DNA of 64,000 nt from Promethearchaeota archaeon (GTDB taxonomy: Archaea; Asgardarchaeota; Lokiarchaeia; Sigyniarchaeales; SOKP01): NCBI GenBank assembly GCA_048940925.1, contig JBHLOC010000012.1, positions 1-64,000 of the forward strand, written 5' to 3'. Shown here one piece after another: positions 1 through 9,765 of the stretch. The notes under the pieces were generated by a model. The model was not told where the DNA came from. It made no database searches and saw only the letters and a list, made by a program, of their open reading frames with translations. The translations under genes and the position numbers were made by a program. Every line of letters begins with the position of its first letter. Position 1 is the stretch's first letter.

Positions 1-402
1 TTACTCGAAGATGTAGTAGATGCGTCAATTGTTCCGAGTCGTATACTCTTTCGGTATTTAGGTATGATCGTGAGGGAAGTTCTTCCGAGTTTAGGTTTAG
101 GTTATCAGGCAATTTCAGCTGAGCAACTTGTATTTCTTTTTGGAAACAGATTAGGATTACCAGAAGAATTAAAAATTAAAGCTATAAATCTTCTTGAAAA
201 AACATCTAAAACAAGTGTATCATTAATTGGAAAAGATCCTAAGGGATTAGCTGCTGCAGTGCTTTATTTAGTTGCTAAAAACACTGAATTTAAGAAAACC
301 CAATTTGAAGTGGCAAAAGCATCGAAAGTAACTGAAGTGACAATTCGAAGTAGGATTAAAGATTTTAAAGATCTTCTTGATAATTCAACAAAAAGACTGT
401 AA
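1..402 (+). CDS. tfb: Transcription initiation factor IIB (TFB) paralogue, 5'-truncated by the window edge (second cyclin repeat)
   Basis: Frame is open from base 1 (LLEDVVDASIVPSRILFRYLGMIV...). It has the GKDPKGLAAAVLYL and TQxEVAxAxxVTEVTIRSR motifs of TFB repeat 2/HTH and aligns closely with 8568..9434. Confidence 0.9.
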   Translation, partial: LLEDVVDASIVPSRILFRYLGMIVREVLPSLGLGYQAISAEQLVFLFGNRLGLPEELKIKAINLLEKTSKTSVSLIGKDPKGLAAAVLYLVAKNTEFKKTQFEVAKASKVTEVTIRSRIKDFKDLLDNSTKRL

Positions 403-706
403 TGTTAATGAAAAAAAAGCTAAATTTTAGTTTCTTAGTTTTCTTAAATCTTTTTTCTGATATTAATTCTTTATTTTGTTGAACATGCTTTATTTAACGG
501 TTCTCTCAATATGTATTCATTCTACCTTAGTATATGAGCTAGAGATTTATTCACTTTAACTTATTTTTTTAGAAATATAATTGAGACCTTGTAGAGCCCT
601 ACTTTTAAGGTAAGATTGCTAAGAGGGATATTATATATATTAGTAAGAATTAATAAAGTATTAAAAAACTCTATACAAAAATTCACACATTTTTATGGTG
701 TAATAT

Positions 707-3448
707 ATGAAAAAAGTAGATAAAAAGACTACAATAAAGTTGTCAGCTGTTATAATACTTACAGTAATAGTCTTTACTATCTTTTCGATTCCATTGATAA
801 GCCTTATAGCACCCTTAGGAAATATAATCCTTCCTGGAGGTGGCATATGGCGTGTTCCAGGAGAGGTTCCTCAAAATGAAAAATTGTATATCCCTGGACT
901 GGATGATTCAGTCACTATTTATAGAGACGAATGGGGCATTCCCCATATTTATGCGTCTACTGAAGAGGATTTGACATTTGCTCTTGGATATGTTCATGCT
1001 CAAGATAGATTATTTCAAATGGATTTAGCTCGTCGGAATGTGAGAGGAAAACTTTCTGAAGTATTAGGTCCTATAGCATTAGAAGAAGATAAATTTAATC
1101 TTGCTATGGGAATGGAGTATTGGGCTAATAAAACGCTCCAACACGCAATTCAGTCACAAGAAGAAGGTGATATTAATTTTATGGATTCTCTGTATACTTA
1201 CGCTGATGGTGTCAATTATTATATCAGCACTCACGAAGATGAACTCCCTATCGAATATGCGATATTGGGATTTAAACCAACTAAGTGGACTCCATTAGAC
1301 ACCTTTTGCTTTTCAAAATATATGAGTAAAATGCTTACTTGGCAATATAATGATTTATATAACTTACAAGCATTAGAAACCTTGGGAGAAGCAAAATTTA
1401 CTGAATTGTTTAGATCATATTCTACATACGGGCAAATTCCAATATGTCCTAATTATGGGAGTTATAATGATAGCTCAGCACTAAGTTATAACGGAGGCCC
1501 TTTACACATTAGTTCTAAGTTGACTAATACCATCTCTTCGTTTTTGAGTGATGTTGAGAATATTCCTTTAGAGAAAAATTTAATAGAAGCACGTGAGCAT
1601 GATTTAATTGGTTCTAACAATTGGGTGGTAGATGGTAATAAAAGTAGTACGGGAAAACCTATTTTATGTAACGATATGCATTTAGCTTGGAATATGCCAG
1701 GAATTTGGTATGAAGTGCATTTGGTTGCTGAAAAAACTGACTATAACGTATATGGTTTCACTCTTGCGGGAGTACCAATTCCTATTGTTGCAAATAATGA
1801 ATATTTAGCATGGGGATTTACCAATGTTGGATATGATGTGATGGATTGGTATTTCTACGATGAGGTAGATTCTGACCATTACATATATAACCAGAAAACC
1901 ACTGAGTATACCACTAGAACCTATAATATAAAGGTAAAGGATCAGGGATCTGAAAAGTTTACAGTCAAAGAAACTGTTCATGGGCCTGTTCTCAATGACT
2001 TTTTAGGTGACAGAATTCCAGATTCCTTAGATTCAGAAAAAATAGTACTTGCACCTAAATGGACTGCAAATAATATAACTACTGAGTTTAGAGCGATTTA
2101 TGGTTATTGTCATGCAAAAAATAGGGCAGAATTTAATGAAGCTTCCCCCTATTTTCAAAATCCCGCCCAGAATCACGTATATGCTGATATCTATGGAAAT
2201 ATCGCAATAAGACCCACTGGGTTAGTTCCTATCAGAGATGATTCTATGAATCCCAGTTGGAATTTTGGAAATGGTTCACTTCCTTATAATGGCTCTAATG
2301 GTGAGGGTGAATGGATAGGATATGTCCCTTTTGAAGAATTGCCTAACACTATAAATCCATCCCAACATTACTTAGCATCGGCAAACCAAATAGTCGTTGG
2401 ACCTCAATATAAGAATTATACCCTACAAAACAGTTGGGCTACGGGATATAGAGCCAGAAGAATAAATGAATTACTTAATAATTCTGCAGATGGTACTGTA
2501 GGGGTAGAAAAAATGAAAGAGATACAGCTTGATGTCAAATCTACTGCGGCTAGAGCATTCGTTCCCTATTTAATTGATGCTATAGAAATGCTTCCTTCTG
2601 ATGAAAAAGATGCTGTAATTGTCAATATAGAAACGCAATTAAAAAATTGGAATTTCGATATGGACAAAGATTTAGCTGCACCTACAATTTATCGTAAATG
2701 GCGAGATTATTATCGCGATTATACGTTCAATGATGACTTTGAAGCTGCGGGAACTTCGAGTCGACCATCGCTTAATGTATTAGAAAAATTGACACGAGAT
2801 GATCCTAATTCGAAATGGTTTGATGATATTGAAACTTCTACAATTGAAAATAGAACAGATATTATTATTAAAGCTCTAAATTCTGCGATTGAATTCTTAT
2901 TAGATTTTTATGGTACGGATGATGTATCTACATGGAGATGGGGAGACATACATAAACTTTTGTTTCCTTCTTTAGTTCCTGGATTTGATAGCCTTACAAT
3001 TGGTCCATTTGATGGTGATGGTTCAGGTTATACGGTTAATCCTGCGGGGGCAAATATAGAGGATGGAGTAGGTTATGCTCTAGGCGGCGCTTCTGAACGT
3101 ATGATCATTGACTTTAGTAATTTAGAAAATTCATTAAGTGTAATCCCTTCTGGAGAAAGAGCGATAGCTAATTCTAAGCATTATTCAGATCAGGTGGAAA
3201 ATTTATTTCTTAAAGGGAAATATCACCGACGATATTTCTATGGAGATATAGATGATTATCCACTGGATCACATTGAATCGACGATTAAATTTGCGAAAGG
3301 AACAACTCTAGTAGTACCACAGTATCTACCAGCTGTATTGATTCTTGTATTTTTAGTGGGTATTCTCAGCGTAATCGTAGGACTAAAGAAAAAGGATCTA
3401 ATTCTCTCAAAATATAGGGACTTAAAGCGGAAGGTAAGAGGTGAATAA
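707..3448 (+). CDS. Penicillin acylase family (S45 Ntn-hydrolase) with N- and C-terminal TM helices
   Basis: RDEWGIPHIYA, GYVHAQDRLFQMDL, nucleophile motif GSNNW, NDMHL, QNHVYAD; hydrophobic segments at both ends. Confidence 0.92.
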   Translation: MKKVDKKTTIKLSAVIILTVIVFTIFSIPLISLIAPLGNIILPGGGIWRVPGEVPQNEKLYIPGLDDSVTIYRDEWGIPHIYASTEEDLTFALGYVHAQDRLFQMDLARRNVRGKLSEVLGPIALEEDKFNLAMGMEYWANKTLQHAIQSQEEGDINFMDSLYTYADGVNYYISTHEDELPIEYAILGFKPTKWTPLDTFCFSKYMSKMLTWQYNDLYNLQALETLGEAKFTELFRSYSTYGQIPICPNYGSYNDSSALSYNGGPLHISSKLTNTISSFLSDVENIPLEKNLIEAREHDLIGSNNWVVDGNKSSTGKPILCNDMHLAWNMPGIWYEVHLVAEKTDYNVYGFTLAGVPIPIVANNEYLAWGFTNVGYDVMDWYFYDEVDSDHYIYNQKTTEYTTRTYNIKVKDQGSEKFTVKETVHGPVLNDFLGDRIPDSLDSEKIVLAPKWTANNITTEFRAIYGYCHAKNRAEFNEASPYFQNPAQNHVYADIYGNIAIRPTGLVPIRDDSMNPSWNFGNGSLPYNGSNGEGEWIGYVPFEELPNTINPSQHYLASANQIVVGPQYKNYTLQNSWATGYRARRINELLNNSADGTVGVEKMKEIQLDVKSTAARAFVPYLIDAIEMLPSDEKDAVIVNIETQLKNWNFDMDKDLAAPTIYRKWRDYYRDYTFNDDFEAAGTSSRPSLNVLEKLTRDDPNSKWFDDIETSTIENRTDIIIKALNSAIEFLLDFYGTDDVSTWRWGDIHKLLFPSLVPGFDSLTIGPFDGDGSGYTVNPAGANIEDGVGYALGGASERMIIDFSNLENSLSVIPSGERAIANSKHYSDQVENLFLKGKYHRRYFYGDIDDYPLDHIESTIKFAKGTTLVVPQYLPAVLILVFLVGILSVIVGLKKKDLILSKYRDLKRKVRGE

Positions 3449-3899
3449 AATGAAAATATTTGATAAGTTAAAAATGAGTTTAGAAACGAGATATTTTATA
3501 ATTTCATTTCTCCTTGCCTCAAGTATTACGTACCTTCTTCTTTTTACTGAAGTATGGCAATTGGTCATTATTTCTGGAATCGTAGCGGGATTATTTAATA
3601 AAACAATGAGACGAGGTATATTTAGCGGCGCTTTGGCAGTATTTATGGTATGGATTATATTCATGATATATCAAATGATTTCTAATAATGCATACACAAA
3701 TTTAGATCAATTTGCTGGTCTTATTTTCGGAGGATCTGGGTATGGTGTGGTTATCCTTATCATAGTTATTTTATTAGGCGTATTATTCGGTGCCCTAGGC
3801 GGAGCTATTGGAAGTGGGGTTGCTATATTAGTGCGAGCTAGATATGAAAAATCCCCATCACCCAACGCTTCTATTGCCGAGGAAAATATTAATCATTAA
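3441..3899 (+). CDS. Small Gly-rich 4-TM membrane protein
   Basis: Four hydrophobic stretches and GxxxG-rich C-terminal helix; overlaps the acylase stop. Confidence 0.75.
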   Translation: MNKMKIFDKLKMSLETRYFIISFLLASSITYLLLFTEVWQLVIISGIVAGLFNKTMRRGIFSGALAVFMVWIIFMIYQMISNNAYTNLDQFAGLIFGGSGYGVVILIIVILLGVLFGALGGAIGSGVAILVRARYEKSPSPNASIAEENINH

Positions 3900-3940
3900 T
3901 TTTCTTTTCTTTTTATACTGTTTTTTTGCTCTTATTTTTC
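3900..3940 (+). terminator. T-rich archaeal-type terminator between convergent genes
   Basis: Oligo-T tracts directly after the 3899 stop. Confidence 0.4.
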
Positions 3941-4059
3941 AAAAATGTTAAATTTGCATTCTATTTTCCTTTTAAATCAAAATTAAAAGATAATATCTTT
4001 ATACTAAATTATTAAATGTAGGTGTAATAAATAAAAAAAAGAAAAATTCTGGATTTTAA

Positions 4060-5607
4060 CTATTTCTTGAACTTATTAAAAGCTCGAACTCCTATAATAA
4101 AGATTATAGCCGAATATAAAGTTATTAATCCCAGATTTATTAACGTCTCTGGATTACTCAAAGGAAGACCATTTAAAAGTATATTTTGGAGCGCAACAAC
4201 AGCGAATCTTGTAGGAAGCCAAGCGGCTATAGCTTTCATTGTATCACCAAACAATTCAATAGGAACAAAAATTCCACTCACCATTGCCAAAGGTATTATT
4301 ATAATCCATACTCCTCCTCCTGCTGAATCCGGACTTTTAAAAACAGGGGCAAGTGCAAATGCTATCGCTAATAACAAGAAAGAAAACAGTAATATTGTTA
4401 TAATTATTCCAAAAATTCCATCAATAAGCGAATACATGATGGGATCCCAGCCAAATATCCCCAGAATTAATGCTCCAATACCAAATTGCATAAAAATAAG
4501 GATAATATTGGAGATGATGCTTGAAAGAATAATTTCCCAATTTCTCACTTCTGTTGAGGCGAGGCGTTTATATATGCCTTCTTTTTTTTCATCTGTTAGA
4601 ATCACCAGAGCAAACGATAGAATTGTCATTGGACCATACAGAAGATAACCTGGTGCTGAAAATGTTATATTATTCACAACTTTACCAACAATACTTTTCT
4701 TTTCGTGTGGTAGACTAATTTCTAATGGATTATTGTTAATAACACTTGAGAATACTTGAACTAATACATTTTCAATAGTTGCTTGTACTGCAGGAGATAC
4801 GGTTTGGAGAAAATAGATCTCATAGTTTACCGAAGAGAATGGGATTGAATCTGGAATCATATAATTAAACATTTCAGGTATGCTAATATTTGAAATTGCA
4901 CTTAATGTATGGAAATAATTGTTTGCTAATGATTGAAGTACACCCGTTATATAATAATTCTTTGAGAGTGAAGTCCCATTACGGTATAAATAACTCATAT
5001 TTACATTCCATGAATTATCTAATCCTTTCAAGAAATTTTGATTTATAATGACCATTCCATCATAACTGTAATTGTTGAATTTAGCTAAAATTGTATTTCC
5101 TGTAATAGAGTCTGGAATAAAAGTAAATTTAAACATTGAATAGGTAGTAGATACTAAAGAAATATAGAAATTGACTATCGAGTAACTTATTGAGGTTGAA
5201 GTATCATTATTCCAAAAAGCTATATTTACCATTGAACTATTTTCTATGTAAGCTTCAAAACCATTGGGAAAATAAACATAGGAAGTGATTTTCCCATCTA
5301 ATGCTGCTTGCTCAGCTTCTTCTATAGTGGTATAGTTAATTAGGTTGAATCCATCAATTTCATCAGTGATATTAAAAATAAAATTTAAGCTAAATTGTGG
5401 ATGAATAGCATAATTTGCGGTTGTGGTATCATTATCTACCCACCCTATATTATATTTAGTGGTAGTATCCCCGAATTCTATTCCCCCAAAAATTAAACCT
5501 ATTAAAGCATAATATACAACTGGAATTAAAATTAAAAATCCCATCGTTTTTGGACTCCTAATAAACCTTAAAAGATTTTTTTTAATAAGAGTTATTAATC
5601 TTGACAT
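4060..5607 (-). CDS. ABC-2 type exporter permease with enlarged extracellular region
   Basis: N-terminal TM, large sequon-rich loop, EKKEGIYKRL motif, SGIFVPIE/WLPTRFAV, five C-terminal TMs; preceded by a GGAGG RBS. Confidence 0.9.
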   Translation of the reverse strand: MSRLITLIKKNLLRFIRSPKTMGFLILIPVVYYALIGLIFGGIEFGDTTTKYNIGWVDNDTTTANYAIHPQFSLNFIFNITDEIDGFNLINYTTIEEAEQAALDGKITSYVYFPNGFEAYIENSSMVNIAFWNNDTSTSISYSIVNFYISLVSTTYSMFKFTFIPDSITGNTILAKFNNYSYDGMVIINQNFLKGLDNSWNVNMSYLYRNGTSLSKNYYITGVLQSLANNYFHTLSAISNISIPEMFNYMIPDSIPFSSVNYEIYFLQTVSPAVQATIENVLVQVFSSVINNNPLEISLPHEKKSIVGKVVNNITFSAPGYLLYGPMTILSFALVILTDEKKEGIYKRLASTEVRNWEIILSSIISNIILIFMQFGIGALILGIFGWDPIMYSLIDGIFGIIITILLFSFLLLAIAFALAPVFKSPDSAGGGVWIIIIPLAMVSGIFVPIELFGDTMKAIAAWLPTRFAVVALQNILLNGLPLSNPETLINLGLITLYSAIIFIIGVRAFNKFKK

Positions 5608-5623
5608 GTTTTATTTCCTCCTT

Positions 5624-6616
5624 TTACTCTCTTAAAGATCTTCCTGTTAATGCTAAAAATACATTCTCTAAACTATTCCTTTGAACTCCCACATCTACAA
5701 CTTGTAAATCATTTTGAGTAAAATTTTTGATAATCTTTCCCATTTTTCCTACTCCATCCATAGCACTTATTCTTGTCTCCATTTCCTCCTCAAGATAAAA
5801 CACATCTATAATATAATCAGTCTTTTTTAATTCATCAATACTTTGTAGCAGTTTTTCTTTTTCACCTTCAATTTTAAGAGATAATAAATCTCCCTTCCCT
5901 ATCGTTTCTTTTAAATGTTCGGGAGTACCTTCAGCAATGATTTTCCCATGATCTATAATAGCTAAACGATCAGAAAGGATATCTGCCTCATCCATGTAAT
6001 GAGTAGTAAGAAATATAGTTTTATCACGTTTTTTCAAATCAAATATATAATCCCAAATCAGTCTTCTTGTCTGAGGATCTAATCCCGCAGTGGGTTCATC
6101 AAGGAAAAGAATGTCCGGATCATGAACTAACCCAATTATTAAATTTAATCTTTTTTGCATACCACCACTTAGCTTTTCTGCTTTTGTTTTACGTTTTTCT
6201 TCTAATCCTACTTTTTCAATCAAATCATTTGCTCTTTGTTTGAGAATAGAGGTATCAATAGTGTACATTTTTCCAAAAAACATGACATTCTCATATACCG
6301 TAAGCTCATGATAAAATATATTTTCCTGTGGAGAAATACCAATTTGCTTTTTCACTTGTGTTGCCTCTTCAACTACGTCAAAATTCTTTACATGTGCCGA
6401 TCCACTTGTTGGTTTTAGATAACAAGCAAGCACGTTTATAGTAGTCGTTTTTCCCGCCCCATTTGGTCCTAAAAAACCAAAACACTCTCCTCTTCTTATT
6501 TTAAACGATATTCCGTCAACTGCTTTAACGTCTTCGAAGTATTTTTTTAAATCCTTTACTTCTATTACCACATCATTTTGGTTTTTATTTTTTACTCTGA
6601 TTGATTCCATTTGCAT
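5624..6616 (-). CDS. ABC transporter ATP-binding protein (DrrA/NodI-like)
   Basis: Walker A GPNGAGKTT, signature LSGGM, Walker B LFLDEPT, TTHYMDEA, C-terminal SLENVFL. Confidence 0.95.
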   Translation of the reverse strand: MQMESIRVKNKNQNDVVIEVKDLKKYFEDVKAVDGISFKIRRGECFGFLGPNGAGKTTTINVLACYLKPTSGSAHVKNFDVVEEATQVKKQIGISPQENIFYHELTVYENVMFFGKMYTIDTSILKQRANDLIEKVGLEEKRKTKAEKLSGGMQKRLNLIIGLVHDPDILFLDEPTAGLDPQTRRLIWDYIFDLKKRDKTIFLTTHYMDEADILSDRLAIIDHGKIIAEGTPEHLKETIGKGDLLSLKIEGEKEKLLQSIDELKKTDYIIDVFYLEEEMETRISAMDGVGKMGKIIKNFTQNDLQVVDVGVQRNSLENVFLALTGRSLRE

Positions 6617-6846
6617 TACCTGATTTTTTAGTAAACTTTTATTATCTATGACAAAAAAGTCTTTTTGATTATAATTTTTTTCTCTATATTATATCAATTT
6701 TGACATAGAATAAATATTAATATTCTTTTGACAGTGCAGATTCTGTCTAAGAATTACTACACATTTTTCTTTTATTAAATTTAAAAAATTAAAATCAAAA
6801 GTAATTATCAAAAAATATTGGACTATTGAATTTTAAAATAAAATTC

Positions 6847-6861
6847 GGTACCTGAGGTACC
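6847..6861. promoter_or_regulatory. Perfect inverted repeat GGTACCT-G-AGGTACC (candidate operator)
   Basis: GC-containing 7-1-7 dyad in AT-rich intergenic DNA upstream of the ABC operon, with AAATT/AATTT flanks. Confidence 0.35.
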
Positions 6862-6942
6862 AATTTGTACTTTATAGTGCGAGAGACGAGAGATAAAGTC
6901 ATTTCTGAAGCTTTCTTAATTTAAAAAAAAGTAAAAAAGAGA

Positions 6943-8151
6943 TTACTGGATTCGACCTTTCAAATCTTTTGGTGAGAAAGGTCCTGGTTCAGAAATTATT
7001 TCTCGTGCCTCATCATCTTTTTCCCAGACATTCCATAGCAGAACTCCTTGAACCTTTCCCTCTTTTAAGTAATATAACACACCTTCTTCTGATGGACTTG
7101 TCCAATCTTCCACAATTTCCAATTTGGGGTCTAATTCGCCAACTGCCTCATAGCCAAGCTCAAATAAATCAGAATAGAATAATGATAAGTGATCAAAAGC
7201 TTCTTGATTTCCTGTCATATTTTGACCAGCAATCTCCCCCGTCATGAAGGCGTTATCTTCATGTTCTACACGTATTTGCTTACCAAGTGCGGGACTATGA
7301 TACATAGCAACATCACCGGCTGCATATATATCGGGATCATTTGTCTGGAGGTATTGGTTTACTACAATTCCATCTTCAACTTCTAAATTAGCCTCTTCTG
7401 CAAGTTCTATATTAGGTTTAATTCCTAGCCCAGCTATAACTGTATCAAACTTAAGTGTTTTTCCACTCTTTGTTTCAACCAAAAAACCTTTATCCTGTCT
7501 TTTAACATTAAGTACTAACTCATTTGTTAGAACTTTTACATCATTCTCCCGAAAGTAATTATTTAGGTATTTACTTAAGGTCTGTGGAAAAATTAGACCA
7601 CAAATTCCACTCTCAGGAAAAATCATAGTAACCTCTGCATCTGGTTTGTACATCTTTATAGCTGCAGCTATTTCTGATCCAATAAAACCACCACCGATAA
7701 CTCCGAATGTTTTGCTTTTATCAACTAAATCTTTTAATTTTTTATAGTCAGAGAGAGTGCGGTAATATATTATTCCTTTCTCTTCAACATTAGGGAGGGT
7801 CTTAGGGGTTCCACCTGTGGCAATCAGGAGCTTTGAATAAGTATATTCATTTCCTTGATTGTCTATCACTTTTTTATTAGACCTATCAATTTTAATCACC
7901 ATTTTTCCAAAATGCATTGTAAGATCGGCTTCGCTAGTCTCTAAATCAATATCTTCAAGTTCTTCTTCCTCAGTCCATAAAGTTTTAGAAAGAGGAGGGC
8001 GTGCATAAGGAGGATCATTTTCATTACTAATCAGTCCAATAGTCCCTTCAGGATCGTTTTCCCGAATGCTATGAGCTGCTGCATCAGCAGTCATTCCTCC
8101 TCCAATGATAAAATATTTATAATTATATTTGGCCATATTATTTGATAACAA
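6943..8151 (-). CDS. FAD/NAD(H) oxidoreductase, ferredoxin-reductase/AIF-like
   Basis: IIGGG, PYARPPLSK, LLIATGG, VIGGGFIGSE, IYAAGDVA, RVEH, FYSD, GVLLWN. Confidence 0.9.
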   Translation of the reverse strand: MLSNNMAKYNYKYFIIGGGMTADAAAHSIRENDPEGTIGLISNENDPPYARPPLSKTLWTEEEELEDIDLETSEADLTMHFGKMVIKIDRSNKKVIDNQGNEYTYSKLLIATGGTPKTLPNVEEKGIIYYRTLSDYKKLKDLVDKSKTFGVIGGGFIGSEIAAAIKMYKPDAEVTMIFPESGICGLIFPQTLSKYLNNYFRENDVKVLTNELVLNVKRQDKGFLVETKSGKTLKFDTVIAGLGIKPNIELAEEANLEVEDGIVVNQYLQTNDPDIYAAGDVAMYHSPALGKQIRVEHEDNAFMTGEIAGQNMTGNQEAFDHLSLFYSDLFELGYEAVGELDPKLEIVEDWTSPSEEGVLYYLKEGKVQGVLLWNVWEKDDEAREIISEPGPFSPKDLKGRIQ

Positions 8152-8567
8152 CTCCTATATAGTTTTTAATGACATATAATTTCATCGAGTTAAAACATTT
8201 TAATTAAATTAGCCTTAATTTTGAAGTGTATAGTTAAATTTATTTATCTATAGATTATAAAATATTAACGATTATTATTGTTTTAGATGGATAAAATAAC
8301 TAATTTTTCATATTTATAAATAAAAACTAAAAAAAAAAATTGAGCAATATCATACAAATTACACGCTAGTTCATTTGAAAAGTTAGAAAAAATCTTATTA
8401 AATATAAGGCAAAGATTTTTCTCTTTGTATTTTTCATGTAATAATGGGATAAGAAATTATTCAATTAGTTTCTTATTTATAAGATTATCAACAACATTAT
8501 TAACAGGGGAGTTAATAAAATTTATAATTACCAAAAAAGGCCAACATCCCTCAATGAGTGTCCCGAG

Positions 8568-9434
8568 GTGGAACACTGCTGTGAGGATCCATGTTTTAAA
8601 TATGAGGATGGAAATAAGGTCTGTATAAATTGTGGAACTATTTTAGGACAAATTTATGTAGAAGATGAACGAAGAGCCTATTCTAAAGAAGAAGTTAATA
8701 GTAGAAGACAAACTGAACCTTCATGGAGAGACTTTGGTCCAAGAACTATTCTTCCAAGTAATAAAGTTGATTCAAAAGGAAATGTAATAAATGCTAAGAA
8801 AGGTTTAATGTTTTCAAGACTCTCAAAAATTCAAAGATCTCTTGTAAATTCATTAGAGAGGAATCTTTGGGAAGCCAAACCGAAATTAAAATTGTATGCG
8901 TCAAAGCTTAATATTCCTGAATATATTGTTGAAACGGCTTGGAGAATATATATAGAAGTAGCTAAGAAAAAACTGACAATGGGCAGATCAATTGAGGGAT
9001 TCATCGCAGCTTCAATATATGCTGCAATTAGAATTCATGAATTTCCAAAATTACTCGATGACGTATATGATGCATCATTGGTACCTAGTCGCACAATTTT
9101 TAGGTCTTTGGGAATGATTGTGAAGGATATTCTTCCTGTTTTAAGTTTAGATTACCATCCAATTTCAGCTGAGCAGCTTGTCTTTCTTTTTGGCAATAGG
9201 TTAGATTTACCAGAAGATATCAAAATTAAGGCATTAAAAGTACTTAATAATACCTCTAAAAAAGGGCTTTCCTTTATTGGAAAAGATCCTAAAGGTTTAG
9301 CTGCTGCTGTGCTATACTTGGTTGCTCATAGCACTGAATTTAAGAAAACACAGGTTGAAGTAGCTCAAGCTGCAAAAATAACTGAAGTGACTTTAAGAAG
9401 TAGGGTAAAAGATATCAAAATTCTTTTAAATTAA
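8568..9434 (+). CDS. tfb: Transcription initiation factor IIB (TFB) paralogue
   Basis: N-terminal Zn ribbon (CC...VCINCG), ERNL, GRSIEGFIAASIYAAIR, GKDPKGLAAA, TEVTLRSR. Confidence 0.92.
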   Translation: MEHCCEDPCFKYEDGNKVCINCGTILGQIYVEDERRAYSKEEVNSRRQTEPSWRDFGPRTILPSNKVDSKGNVINAKKGLMFSRLSKIQRSLVNSLERNLWEAKPKLKLYASKLNIPEYIVETAWRIYIEVAKKKLTMGRSIEGFIAASIYAAIRIHEFPKLLDDVYDASLVPSRTIFRSLGMIVKDILPVLSLDYHPISAEQLVFLFGNRLDLPEDIKIKALKVLNNTSKKGLSFIGKDPKGLAAAVLYLVAHSTEFKKTQVEVAQAAKITEVTLRSRVKDIKILLN

Positions 9435-9765
9435 ATCAAAATATAACACAATTAATAGATTATAAATAAAAATCCTTAATTTGAGATAGCAAATAGCGAT
9501 TCCTTCAAAGGATTTTATAAAATTTAGTAAATACAAATAATTGCCCTAATTTTTTTTATAAATGAATAATACCACCGTTTATATGATACGAGTAAATGAG
9601 ATTAGATTCCATCTTATCGATCTATGTTTTTATTAAGTTGGAATTTCTTAAAAACTATAAAAATTAATTTATTGATTTATTAAAATCTTAACTCTTATTT
9701 TTTTATGTGATCTGTAAGCGTTAGAATGTTTTTCTTAAAAAATTTGAATATAATTGCATAATAGA

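Noticed and set aside
8425-8628. 67-aa ORF overlapping the TFB start
   Set aside because: Out of frame with TFB, covers its promoter/RBS, and has no motif.
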